The notes beneath the pieces are model-generated. The model saw only the letters and a program-made list of their open reading frames with translations. It was not told the origin of the DNA and searched no databases. This document shows, piece by piece, positions 13,511-25,896 of a stretch of 64,000 nucleotides of DNA. The position numbers and the translations under genes were made by a program. Each line of letters starts with the position of its first letter. Position 1 is the first letter of the stretch. This DNA is from Octopus sinensis. Taxonomy: Eukaryota. The stretch covers positions 80,042,001 through 80,106,000 of the forward strand of contig NC_043003.1 of assembly GCF_006345805.1 (NCBI RefSeq), in the 5' to 3' direction.

Positions 13511-13590
13511 AAGGGTGAGAGAGAGAGAACGAGAGAAGGTGAGAAAGAGAGTGAGAGAGGGTGAGAGAGAGAACGAGAGAAAGAGAGATA
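13447..13590 (+). repeat. (GA)n/(GATA)n polypurine tract
   Basis: Seen directly. Confidence 0.95.
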
Positions 13591-14751
13591 AAAATGAAAA
13601 TACAGCCCATAGCTCTTGAAATTGTCTAAACTGAACATAGTTTCTTAATATGATTCTTTAAAGCTAATTTGTAACAAGCTTAATGTAACAAGATGAATAC
13701 GCAGAAGTGAAAATAAGTGTTTAAGGATGTGCAGCTCCACCAAACTCTGTTGACAGAATATATTGAGTCAAAAAAGGTACCTGATTCTGTCCCACATTCA
13801 TGTCATGAATAGTGGAGTCATGATACCTTGCTATGATTCCATTGCTTTACTTTAATTCTATAAATATTGCCAATTACAACATGGTCCACAGAACTATCAA
13901 TAAAAAGTAAAGCTAATACAAGCAAAATTATCTTATAGATAGGAAATTTCTCTGGATTGTTGCATGTCCATGATCCTTTGCGGAAATACCAAACAAATAT
14001 GGGAGGATCTGCAGAGGAGGGAAACGAAATGTCCTCTACACACGTTTACGATGTTTTGATTCCTTTTTCAGTTACTATTTACGAACACAAGAGGCAGAGC
14101 TGGTCAGAACATGTTTTACAGGAAACAGAAACAGAATTCGGAATTCAGTCAGAATATTAAGTCTTCATATTTGGTTGTTAATCTAGGAAAGGCTATAACC
14201 AGAAATGGAATTTGGATCACAATTACATGTTTATTTACCCTGTTCAAATGAGGAATGTAACAAATATATTGAAATGGATAGAAATATTGTATACGTTGGT
14301 ACTTGAGTAAAGCATGAAGGTCAAAGAAAATATACCATTATACTTCGAAAGCAATGAAAGTCAGAGTAGCTTATATTCATTAAACGGCATGTACCGTATA
14401 TAACGCTTTTAGAGATCTACAATCTGGACGTCAAAACTAAGAAAACATTAAACATCATAAGACACTTTCATATCAAGAGTGACATTGACAAGTTCCATGT
14501 TAGATGCAAGAATGCAGACAAAGATGTAATGTCCACAAATTTCTTAAAATGACTTGACTTAAACAAAATATCATTATTACGTTGCGAGTGGAATTAATTC
14601 TCAAATAAAAGGACACATACACATACAGACACTTATATTCATGCAGGCACATTTGTACAGACACTTGTTTGTATTGATGCATGTGTGTACACATGCTTTC
14701 AAATTTTGGCTCAAAAGTAGTAAGTTCGTGGGAAGAGGAAGTTGATAGCAT

Positions 14752-14900
14752 TGACCTTAGTGCTCAATTGCTACTCATTTTATCGATCCGGGAATGATAA
14801 GAGCAAAGTCGACTTCGGCGGAGTTTGAACTGAGAACGTAAAAACGGGCGAAATGCCACTAAGTCGCTTCTCCGGCACGGTGACGATTCTGCCATCTGCT
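14752..14900 (-). mobile_element. tRNA-derived SINE family C (head-to-head with the next copy)
   Basis: Contains aaagtcgacttcggcggagtttgaactgagaacgtaaa, the reverse complement of the core of the adjacent + copy. Confidence 0.8.
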
Positions 14901-14936
14901 GCATTGCACATGCGTAGTAATATTATAAAAAGTGGG

Positions 14937-15160
14937 AAGGCGGCGAGCTGGTGGAATCGTTAGCATGTCAGGCAAAATGCCTAGCAGCATTTCGTCCGTC
15001 TTTATGCTCTGAGTTCAATGTGCGCCGAAGTTGACTTTGCCTTTAATCCTTTCGGTGTCGATAAAATATGTACCTTTCGAGCAATGGTGTCGACGTAATC
15101 GACTTATCGCCGGCCCCAAAACCGGCTGGCCTAGAGCAAAATTTGAAACCAATATTAACA
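14937..15160 (+). mobile_element. tRNA-derived SINE family C
   Basis: Head GGCGGCGAGCTGGTGGAATCGTTAGCA (A box-like), B box-like GAGTTCAATGT, conserved block GTTGACTTTGCCTTTAATCCTTTCGGTGTCGATAAAA. Confidence 0.85.
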
Positions 15161-15488
15161 AGTGGTTATTTAAATTTCAATGAAGACAATTTGTGTTGGT
15201 TGTGGATTGATTCTTCATCTTTTAAAATTATATGATAAAACAAATTCTGAACATAGACGCATGCATATATTTTGAATATCTACGTGGCAATTTGACTTGA
15301 TACAAAACCAGATAAATATTCCTTCATTAAATCACATTCTGTTATACTTGATAACATACGGACACATTTCATAACTGCGAAGCCGTCTCTTAAAAGATGG
15401 GATTGTCTCGGCTAGAATACTTTAGAGCATAAGTTTACATGGTCAGAGATTATGGTTAAATAATAATATAAACATGAAGATACATATA

Positions 15489-16359
15489 CTAGGTAGTATA
15501 AAAAATTTCCTGGATTAGTTCTGTGGCGTGCCAACGGAGAACAGCAGACGGCTTTGTGCGCAATGAGAGCTCGTAGTGATCTTTATTATGCAGCGTGCCG
15601 AGTGATATTGCTGTATTTACTTCGCAAGTTTTGAAATTTGTGTCTTTGTGATCTATTGTATGCTGTATTCTGCAATTTTGTGGTGGACAGGAAGTTGAAA
15701 TAAAGAGTCAATGTAAAATTTTGCTTTAAACTTGGGAAGTCCATACGAAGACATTGAAAGTGCTCTGGCAAGCTTAAGGCGATGAGGCTATGGGTTGTAC
15801 TCAATGCTTCGAATAGCATGGGCGGTTCAAAAGGACGTCCCTGGAAAACGATGAGCCACAGGCGTCACCCCTGGAAATGTGGTATTGTGAATCGAGAAAT
15901 TATCCTCCAAGGCCAGACCGTCAATCGAGAATTCTACTGCGAGGTTTTGAAGCGCTTGATAGAGGACATTTGCCGAAGCGACCGGATTTTTGTAGCGTGA
16001 ATAATCACAACGACAATGCACCCTGTCACCTGTTCCTCAAAAACAACATGATATTGATTCGGCACCCGCCCTGTTTGCCAGATTTAGCATCTGCAGACTT
16101 CCATCTCTTCTCCAAAATGAAAAGGTAACGCAATGATCACCGTTTTAACACCGTTCTCGAGAGCCAGAGCGAATCGCAGAAGGTCCTCGACTGGATTACG
16201 TAAAACGACTTCCAGACCAGATTCCAAAGTTAGCTAGAACGCCGGAACTGGCGTATTGCTGCTCAAGGTGATTCAAAGGAGATGGTATTAAAAACACAGA
16301 TGAATAAGTTGTTTTTTTATTAAAAACAACTAGTCCGGGATCATTTTGATACCACCTCG
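15489..16359 (+). mobile_element. Internally deleted mariner element (871 bp) with both TIRs and TA target duplication
   Basis: Left TA|CTAGGTAGTATAAAAAATTTCCTGGATTAGTT matches the reverse complement of the right end, TA|CGAGGTGGTATCAAAATGATCCCGGACTAGTT. Motifs TVNREFYCEVLKRL, HNDNAPCH and HPPCLPDLASADFHLFSKMK. Confidence 0.9.
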
Positions 16360-18488
16360 TATACATTTATATGCAGAGAAACTCCCCAAACATATTAGGG
16401 ATTCAATTTTAATTAGACAATTTTATGCTTCAATATCGTTGACCTGGATGACACTTATACGGTACAAATTATGACAAAGAGATAATTTTATTTTTATTTG
16501 GAGAACTGTTTTTTTTTGCTCTGTGTGTGTAAAAATAAGGAATCAATAAAATATTCCCACTTGTACACTTCGATAGCTATCGGTATTCTTTGTAATTTTA
16601 GTGTGTGAGGCTGGCACCTTCACTTTGAACTTTAGAAGCGTGTATTTAACAAGAAGATGTAATTTAATTTCAGATTCATACCAGCAGTAAAAGTATTACT
16701 GTACAGATAAATCTGTAGATACATCATCCGATTTCATTGTCATGTGAAGGTTGACATACCTTAATGGAGATAGCTATTAACACCTGTCTATATTCATTGG
16801 AAATTGTAATTCAGAATTCAACTTTCTTATAAATTCTTTATTTATGCGCTTCCTTGTTGCATTTGGCCACTATAGTAAAGTTATATAAACAGTAGAACCA
16901 TATGCTTTATAGGAGGGGGAAGGGAGTGTGTATATTGCTTTCCCGACCTCTCCCAGACCGGTGAAAGTGATACCATTAATGTTCCTTTTAATCGTTTGCA
17001 TTTCAATGCCTGCGGCTAAGACATGAACAGGAGGAGAATCCTCAGAAGGCAACGTATTGATAATTAACGATTAGTTGCATTGATTAGTGTAGGGCCTGAG
17101 TATTGGACACAAAAAGCATGAGGGAAGAGAGAGGGTCGAATAGGGTGGTTTGCTTGAGTGGAGGTAGTATGATCCAAATCACATCCAAGGAGCAGATGCC
17201 AATATAATAGTGTAAAATTGACAGAAAGACGAATGGACACACCTGTAGGCCAAAGGCTGAAAGAGTGTTTGTCAGTAATGTTATGCCGTTTACTTGGGTG
17301 ATCTTTCTTTTGGATGTGGTTCTCGTAATACAGTTTGAGATATGGAAGAAAAATTAGTGAGAACTGAGAAACCACGATCGCGGCCAAGTTTTCAATTCAG
17401 AGCTGGCTCACCAAAGTTTTCTAATTCTACGTAGTTGTAATTTGAATTTAGGTAAGTTACTCTAAAGTGAAGAATAGTTAATTGCAGTTTAGATATGTCT
17501 GAGATATGGTAATTTACAATATCTCAGAGTACCAGTAAACTGACTTACTTTAGACATAAATAAAAATAACATTATATAACCTCATAAGATGTTGAAGATT
17601 ATTATAGTTCCCTTAGGGAGGCCATATCAGCTCCATTTGTAAAATTATGTAGGACGTCATGTTCTACATGATGAACATGACGTGCTACAAGTGTATCTAT
17701 GTATCTATCCTCAACCATAGTGGGATCCCCATAGTATACTGAAATGTTGAGTTTATTATTGCTTAGTCTCATGTGAGCTTTGACCTTACAAACCTATGAT
17801 CAAAGCCATTTCAAGCATGAATATTTCTTGCTTAATTTTCAGTCATAATATTTTTATGACTATTTCATTCAACAGGTACTTATTTTTTTAAAAGACAGTA
17901 GTGGAAAATATAAGGGATATTTGGCTGTTATTTCTTTGAAGTCGATGAAACCTATTTACTGCAGTGATGTTCTAAGTAGCCTGACGACGAACAGAATACA
18001 AGACGTCAAACTTTCAGACACCTGTTAAATCGTATATTTCAATCTTTTGTGTATCCCTGCCAAAAGACACAGTTTTAATTTCTGTATAATCAGCCGACTC
18101 TTTAATGGCAAGCATGTGAGTGAAGTAGCTGCCTTCGGACATAACATTAGATGTTTCTAATGATTTATACGTAATCACTGTATATTCACACAACAGTAAT
18201 TATAGTGTGATGCGTTAAATAACTTGTCGAATGAACACAGGAATAAAAATAGAAAGACAGTAAAAGAAGAATTAATCTAGAGCCAAGTTTAAATCGATGA
18301 ATTCTCAGAGGTATCAAGAATTTAATTAATTGAACAGTCACGAAAAAATGTACGTATTTACGACAAGTGGCCACGACCACACTAACAAATACACACATAT
18401 ATACACTCATATATATACATACACACACAAGCATATGTATATATATATATATACATACATACATATACACATACATCATACATACATA

Positions 18489-18532
<44 letters not shown>

Positions 18533-19897
18533 ACATGAATATAGATCACTGATAGTAATCTGCAAACGCATATGTCAAGAATCACCTTCCTACAAATATT
18601 TGTTGCATACTAAATAGAAAATACACTCAAACATATACCTCGTATTTCACATAATTTAAATGAAGTTTAGTGAGAAGCACAATGTCTTGTCTAATATATA
18701 ACTATCTAATTAAAGAATGTTAAATATGTAGCTGATTTCTATTGTCCATTTAAGTTAGAGAAATAGTTTGGAGGAATTTAGCAAACTGAAATTAAAACGG
18801 TTTGAGAATTTGTAGGGTAATGCACTTGTTTCAGTTAAGGTGAAATATTTTATTAAGGAAATTATATGAAGGTTCTAGCCTTGAAATAAGTATAGATTTA
18901 TGAAGGTAGTCTAAATTTGAAAGTCATGTGCTTGCTAAATCTTGCGAGTCTAACGACTACGTTCAAAGTTCCATTTCAATTTTACCATGGATTTACGTCG
19001 AGTTTATCAATCATGTGTCGACTTTCCATGAAAACTGGGTAAATAGTTTGATCCGACGTTACAGCGTTAACTATTGGTTTCCAGATAACATTTGGTGTAT
19101 AAAATATAATTTTCGAAGTGATTGTAAGTATATATTTGTGGGTTTTGTGTTCATTTTGCTTTCCGTGTTGATATTATCATCGTTAATTTTTGACGTACAG
19201 GACATATTTATGTATATATATACATAGGTTCAGTGTTTGTAGATGACCACGTAGAGGATCACAGAAACGCAAGCGGCCTACAATTTACAATATTTTTGCA
19301 TCACAAATGTCGCCTAGGAGGAATACTTTCGCAGTGAAAAATCTTCCTATGTCCGAGTGTGCTTGAGCGTGTAAATATAAATTTACAAGAATGTGTGTGT
19401 GTGCGTGTGTGTGTGTAAATAATATAAACAAGATTCAGTTGAATAAGGTGCTTAAATCTAAAGCACCCAGTTAGGTCGGATTAAAATGCATACATAACAA
19501 TTTTTACCTGAATATCAACCTTGGTACAAAATGAATGGTGGAATGATATACAGATTAATATATGCAGTGGGTTTAACCCAACTGAGTATGTAGTTCACTC
19601 TTGAGTTAATCAGATATGTAAATTTTATTAAATATATAGTCCATAATATAACTTAGAACACACGAGGGGCATGTTTTGAGGTGAATTAAAAATACATACG
19701 TAACAACTGAAGGACAGGTATCATTTTGCGACTTAGCTAGTAGAGGAATAATTTAATTTGTATGTCACCGTGATTTTAAAGAATTTAGAAAATTATTTTA
19801 AATGTCTTTGATTGTAAAATTCATGTATTCATCTAAAGAAAACATTTTTACGGCGATAATGTATTGACACCAGTCCTTCAATTGTTACTTATATATA

Positions 19898-19985
<88 letters not shown>

Positions 19986-20099
19986 AGCGAAGGCAGGTAT
20001 ACGCAATATAAAAACAAAAACGAAAACTTCAAACGTCACTAATTGTGAGTGAGGTTGTAGGGTGGCACCTATATAGCTAGGAATAAGAGTTAAAACACT

Positions 20100-20934
20100 T
20101 AGAGCTGCAAGAGAGCATATTTTCAGATGCTGACAGGGAAGATAACCACCACACAGCGAGCGAAATCACTATACCAGTCTAGTTTCGCTTGCAAATGACA
20201 TGCTCAACAGTAGTGACTACTCCATCGCTGGATTGTTTTGATAAACTCTGAGTTTAATAAAGGCAACAGCGCAACGGAAATTGCGAGGAATATTAATGCA
20301 GTACATGGGGATCAGACAATAAGCGTAAGCCGGTTTCAACGGTGGTTCCAGAAATTCCGAGCCGGAAACTACAGCCTAGACGATGAGCCTCGCCCTAGAA
20401 GATCTGTAAAGCTCGACGAGGACGTTCTGCAAACCCTGGTAAAACAGAATCCCATCGTAACTGTCGAGGCACTAGCTGCGAATCTTGGATTTGGTCATTC
20501 AACACTTCATCAACACCAACGCTAGAAGAAAAGCGACCATCTTTAGTTTCAAGGTGAAAGGTGTTCTTCCACCAGGATAATGCTCTGCCACATACAGCGA
20601 GGATGACATTCAACGGCTGGAGCTGTTTGAATGGAAAATGATACCCGACCCACCATATTCGCCAGACATTGCCCCATCTGATTATCATTTATTCCGCAGT
20701 CTCCAAACTCAATTGGACAGAAAGTATATGAATTCTATAGACGAGGCCAGAACAGTGCTGGAGGAATATTTTTCGTCATGGACAAGTGAATCTTGGAAGA
20801 TGGGCTTTGCAAGTCTACCAGATAAATGGAAAAGCATTGCAGAAAATAAAGGAGAGTATATTTTAGATTAAAAGAGAGCTTCATTTAGAAAAATTAAAGT
20901 ATAAAATATCTCATTATTTATGGGATGAACAATA
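20100..20934 (+). mobile_element. Internally deleted mariner transposase relic
   Basis: HTH region (ATEIARNINAVHG..QRWFQKFRAGNYSLDDEPR) is joined directly to HQDNALPH and PPYSPDIAPSDYHLFRSLQ..GEYILD. The right TIR-like end is ttatttatgggatgaacaata; the left TIR was not found. Confidence 0.9.
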
Positions 20935-21194
20935 AGTATATAAATACACACACAGAGATGGATAGATAGGCAAATATATATGTGCGCGAACACGCTCGCA
21001 TAAATAGACATGCGTATGCACAGATATACATAGATACCAGAAAATCGGGTGTTGAAATCAATATGGTTTCATTTCGACAGGGCCGTACAGATAAACCATA
21101 AAAGCACACTCCTCCGTCGTTGTTTGTCTACACTTCGACCCAATCCCAAAATCTAAAGCATATATATACAATACAGCTATTGAGAAGTCAAACG

Positions 21195-21350
21195 TATGTA
21201 TGTATGTATATATATATATATGTATGTATGTATGCATGTATGTATGTATGTATGTATGTATGTATGTATGTATGTATGTATGTATGTATGTATGTATGTA
21301 TGTATGTATGTATGTATGTATGTTTGTATGTATGTATGTATGTATATGTA
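21195..21350 (+). repeat. (TATG)n microsatellite
   Basis: Seen directly. Confidence 0.98.
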
Positions 21351-21658
21351 TGCATATATGCATATAAACATGAATATATTGGAGCTGTACTTATCTGGCA
21401 AGTGATTACATCCGAAATGCAATGTCAGAACTAAAAGAATAACAAAATGGAAGAACCCTTTAAGAATACACAAATAATGTTACATCCAATTTTTGGAGTA
21501 TATTTTCGAGAACCCAGAATAATAGTCACTTTCTAACACTTAGTACCAATTGCACATTTCACAAAGATAACTGCTGGAATTTAGTTACTGCCAAATAGAT
21601 ATGTTTATACACGCCTGAGATGGTTTCTTTGCTTTTGTCAGTTTCTTCTTTATTTATC

Positions 21659-21693
<35 letters not shown>

Positions 21694-22082
21694 GTGCATT
21701 TGTGTGTGTATCATATGAGTGCGTCCTTGTGTGTATGCACATGGGAATCTCTATGTACACACGTACATAATCATATAATCTACATGCATATATCTGTTTA
21801 TGCACATACGTATGCGCATGCATATGCACAACTGTGTTTGTGTATAAACATAATTAAGTGTAGGTAATATTAGGCTCAACTTAGCTTATGGTGCATTGGT
21901 GTTATTCCATTTGGAATTACCATTGAGACTGTGTCAGTATTCTCTTGCGCAAAGTAATTCACTTACGTCTCGTAGTACTGTATCATCAGGAAACTTTACA
22001 GACAAGATATAATACGATATTCACACTGAAACTATTGAGTTCCTCTGTGTGTATATCATATATATATATATATATTATATAT

Positions 22083-22128
<46 letters not shown>

Positions 22129-22174
22129 TGTGTATGTGTATATATATATATATATCTAAATATATGTATATATA

Positions 22175-22242
<68 letters not shown>

Positions 22243-22479
22243 ATTCGGTTTTTGGGATTAGTAGATATGCAGGTATTCTATTGCAGATAATATAAAATAT
22301 ACCATACCAATAAGTATATCTGAAAATAAACGCGTGGTATCTATATGTGTATCATGAAATAATACTTTAAAGGATATAACCAGTATACCACTAGGGTACA
22401 AAATAGGCTTCCTTAATAATCTCCTACTTAAGTTAAAATTAAAAAGGTACTACATGTGTTTCAGTATTGGAAGATCATA

Positions 22480-22740
22480 ACACACGTGTTGTGTTCTTGA
22501 GTAAGACACTTTATTTCACGTTCCTCCAGTTCACTTAGCTGTAGAAATGAGTTGCGACGTTCACTTAGCTGTAGAAATGAGTTGCACCTTTTCCTTGGAT
22601 AATATCAGTGGCTTGGAGAGGGGATGCCGGTATGCATGGGCAACTGATGGTCTTCCATAAAGAACTTTGCCCGGATTTGTGCTTGGGAAGTAACCTTCTT
22701 GGTGCAATCCCATGGTCAGTCATGACCGAAGGGGGTCTCA
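22480..22740 (+). mobile_element. SINE family A copy lacking the tRNA head, with an internal 27-bp duplication
   Basis: Homologous to 1400-1742. GTTCACTTAGCTGTAGAAATGAGTTGC occurs at 22529 and 22559. Confidence 0.85.
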
Positions 22741-22757
22741 GCGTATATATATATATA

Positions 22758-23081
22758 TTTCGTTTTTGGGTCTGGTTTGCAAGATTCTTTATATGTATTC
22801 GTGTGTTGAAGCATATTCTGTTGTGTCTGGGGAGGGTCATTTTCTTTTTGTGTCTTATAGTTTAACACACACCGGTAAAGTTTCCATTTATTTCTTATTT
22901 CTATTTTCCTAAAATTTTCGTTGCGTCTTGCAGCCTTTTCACTAGTCAGGTCTATTGAAAAGGTTGCAAGACGCAACGAAAATTTTAGGAAAATAGAAAT
23001 AAGAAATAAGTGGAAATTTTACCGGTGAGTGTATTAAATTATAAGACACAAAAAGAAAATGACTCTCCCCAGACGCAACAG
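22758..23081. mobile_element. Fold-back pair of Penelope-type pseudo-LTRs (about 128-bp arms) carrying a hammerhead-like motif
   Basis: 22818-22945 is the near-perfect reverse complement of 22952-23081, with a 6-nt spacer. The same family occurs at 32495-32836. PLE origin is inferred from the HHR plus inverted-pLTR geometry. Confidence 0.7.
22952..22988 (+). ncRNA. Minimal type I hammerhead-like motif, U3-A8 core variant
   Basis: CTA | TTGAAAA | G | GTTGC-AAGAC-GCAAC | GAA | AATT (palindromic stem III) | T | TAG. Stem I is only 3-4 bp and the cleavage triplet is UUU. Confidence 0.5.
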
Positions 23082-23697
23082 TATATATATATATGCAATC
23101 ACCAATTTTAAATTCTACCAACACATCTTCAGTTTCTTTTTCAAAATATTGTTAATCTAATTTTACATCACTTTAAAATTACGCGTTAAATTAAACATTA
23201 AAAATATTAAATTATACTTTATAAAGTTAAGAATTAAAAATTATAAATTATAAATTATACATTATGAATATGAATTAGTATAGATATATCAAACTTATAA
23301 ACTCAATTATATAACGTCAAATACAACATATAAGATATAAAATATACATCAGTATAAAAATGTTCGTGATTGAATGTGAAAAATAACATAAAAGTTGCAG
23401 ATACATATCCTCCTTCTATGGAACCAAGATGTCTTTCAAAATGTCAATTAGAGGAAATGAAGATAGTAGAGCACTATGGGAATATATAGGTGATTAGTAC
23501 CAAGGTGGGTATGCATAGATTAATTTAATTTATCTTCTATTATTATCTACAAACTAACTATGTTGAGGAATATATATATAATTTGTGATAATATAAGTTT
23601 TAGTATTATTTAACTAATTTGTTTATTTAATTATTTAATGTATTCAAGTACTGTAGAAATCAAAACTGTGTGATTATAGATTCAAGGATGGCGGGGT

Positions 23698-25870
23698 TCA
23701 ATATTTCATTTTATTGAAAGTAAAATTGCTTTTGTGTCTACATTTAACACCTCATTCAATAATTTATCTCTAGACTTTATCAGTTTCCTAAATTCTGTTA
23801 TACAGGAGTGGCTGTGTGGTAAGTAGCTTGCTTACCAACCACATGGTTCCGGGTTCAGTCCCACTGCGTGGCATCTTGGGCAAGTTTCTTCTACTATAGT
23901 CTCGGGCCGACCAAAGCCTTGTGAGTGGATTTGGTAGACGGATACTGAAAGAAGCCCGTCGTAAATACGTATATATATATATATAGATATGTGTGTATAT
24001 GTATGTATGTTTGTGTGTCTTTGTTTATCCCCCTACACACCGAGCTGGTGTGTTTACGTCCCCGTCACTTAGCGGTTCGGCAAAAGAGACCGATAGAATA
24101 AGTACTGGGCTTACAAAGAATAAGTCCCAGGGTCAATTTGCTCGACTAAAGATGGTGCTACAGCATGGCCGCAGTCAACTGACTGAAACAAGTAAAAGGG
24201 TAAAAGAATAATAAACACATTATATTGCCAACATTATGAGAGTGGTCTCTACCTATTTAACTCCAACTAACGGTTTAATCTCTTTTTCTATATTTTAATT
24301 CCCATATATATTTACTTAAATCTGTGGACTTACTTAAAATTAAGATTTTTGAAAATCTGTTACTGTTGGGAAATTATTTTAAAAATTTCATTAGCTTATC
24401 TATAATTTTTATTATTATTGTTCTCAGAGCTTACTATACATTTATAAATTACATTAACAATATTACAATTATTAGAGAGCTTACATTTAGTTTTATCCTG
24501 CCGTGAACATTTTTCTATCTGTTGATTAAGATTCACATCACTATCAGTTATATTACGGCTGGAGGTTATATTTATTGTGCAATTATAATAATTATTTAAT
24601 TTCTTATCATTTATAAAGGAAATGATATTACTTACATTCCTCGATGTTGAGTAGCCCACTCTTATGGTTTTATTGGGAAATATGTTTGAATAAATGTTGT
24701 CCTTACTAAAAGATATTTTTACAATTTTAAGTGTTTCCTTAATAATATCAGTCATCACTTGAGCCTTATATGGAATAATTAACCATACAATATCTCTTTT
24801 ATTTTTTTATATTTTTATATTATCATTATTAGAAATCATCGGTATTAAAGTGTTATTCATCGGTGTATTACATCTCCGCTTGTTTAATTTGCCATGTTTC
24901 TTACTATTGATCATATTCTCATTACCAATATCAATATTATTATTGCCATCATTAATAATAACTATATTGTTTTTATCTTTATTTAGTTTCGTATACTATC
25001 TTTTATTATTATTCATATTTTTGCTGTTAGAATTATTTTTAGGATTACCTGTCATATTATTAAGGTGTTCGTAATAATTAAAGGCTTTCATTTTAGAGTT
25101 ATATCCTGCTTCTTTTAATGCCTTATTTTAATATGGGGCATTTTTTTTATTAAGTTTCATAATCTGAGGATAGCATAGATATTCTTTTGCCTATATTATC
25201 TATTAAAGCTACATTAACTGATCTAGGATGGTTACTTCAAGAACTAATATACATTAGTGACAAGATTAAGGTCGAGGTCTAGTTAATTTACTGCATAGTG
25301 TTCATTCTCTATAGATATACCTAAGCCATAATTCTTAAAGAAATTGTACATTTTCTTCTTAAGGCATTGTAACGACCTATTGGAACAATTCCTGGTTAGG
25401 TGTAGTAAGTCGTCCCTATAAAGATCACTATCTATATTCGTAAATTCTATCTCTAGTTCAAATAAAAGATATAATCCTACAAGATCAGTAACTTGGGCAG
25501 AATTAGGGGCGCCCATGGGTATGTCAAAACAATCACTACTGTCTTTTCTTACCCAACGTTTATCGTTATATTTTATAATAGACTTCATCGCGGCCAACAC
25601 CACTTTGACTTCATCAAATGACATAGTTTCCTTTCTCGTGACATATGGTAGGGCCTTCTTTAAATCCACTTCCTTAATAGATGAATAATAATTCTGTATA
25701 TAAATTTGAAGGAAATTACATCTGTTTTTATCCTGAATTTCATTAAAACAATTTATAGTATCACGGGTACAATTCCTGAGTTTAAGATTACCAAACTTAT
25801 TTAATTTATCTATATATTTATCCAATATTAATTTACGAAGTCTACCTATGTCTGACTTGTTAGAGCATAT
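23698..25870 (-). mobile_element. Penelope-like element A: RT, thumb, linker and GIY-YIG endonuclease remnant, interrupted by a SINE
   Basis: ORF 25283-25948 has SNKSDIGRLRKLILDK, FDIPMGAPNSAQVTDLVGLYLL and LYRDD. Then SNHPRS..KRISMLSSD. ORF 24396-24758 has IFPNKTIRVGYS..CKLSNNCNIVNVIYKCIVS. The C-terminal KCRHK lies near 23720. Confidence 0.9.
23805..24215 (+). mobile_element. tRNA-derived SINE family B (bipartite, central microsatellite) inserted in the PLE-A endonuclease region
   Basis: Head GGAGTGGCTGTGTGGTAAG, B box-like GGTTCAGTCCC, CORE-like TCTTGGGCAAG, internal (TA)/(TG) tract, 3' end GACTGAAACAAGTAAAA. Copies at 38.8, 47.0, 49.0 and 56.5 kb. Confidence 0.9.
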
Positions 25871-25896
25871 TATATATATATATATATATATATAAC

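Noticed and set aside
23400-23560. Hydrophobic minus-strand frame resembling a membrane protein
   Set aside because: Multiple stops, AT-rich composition, and a position in the presumed 3' flank of PLE-A.
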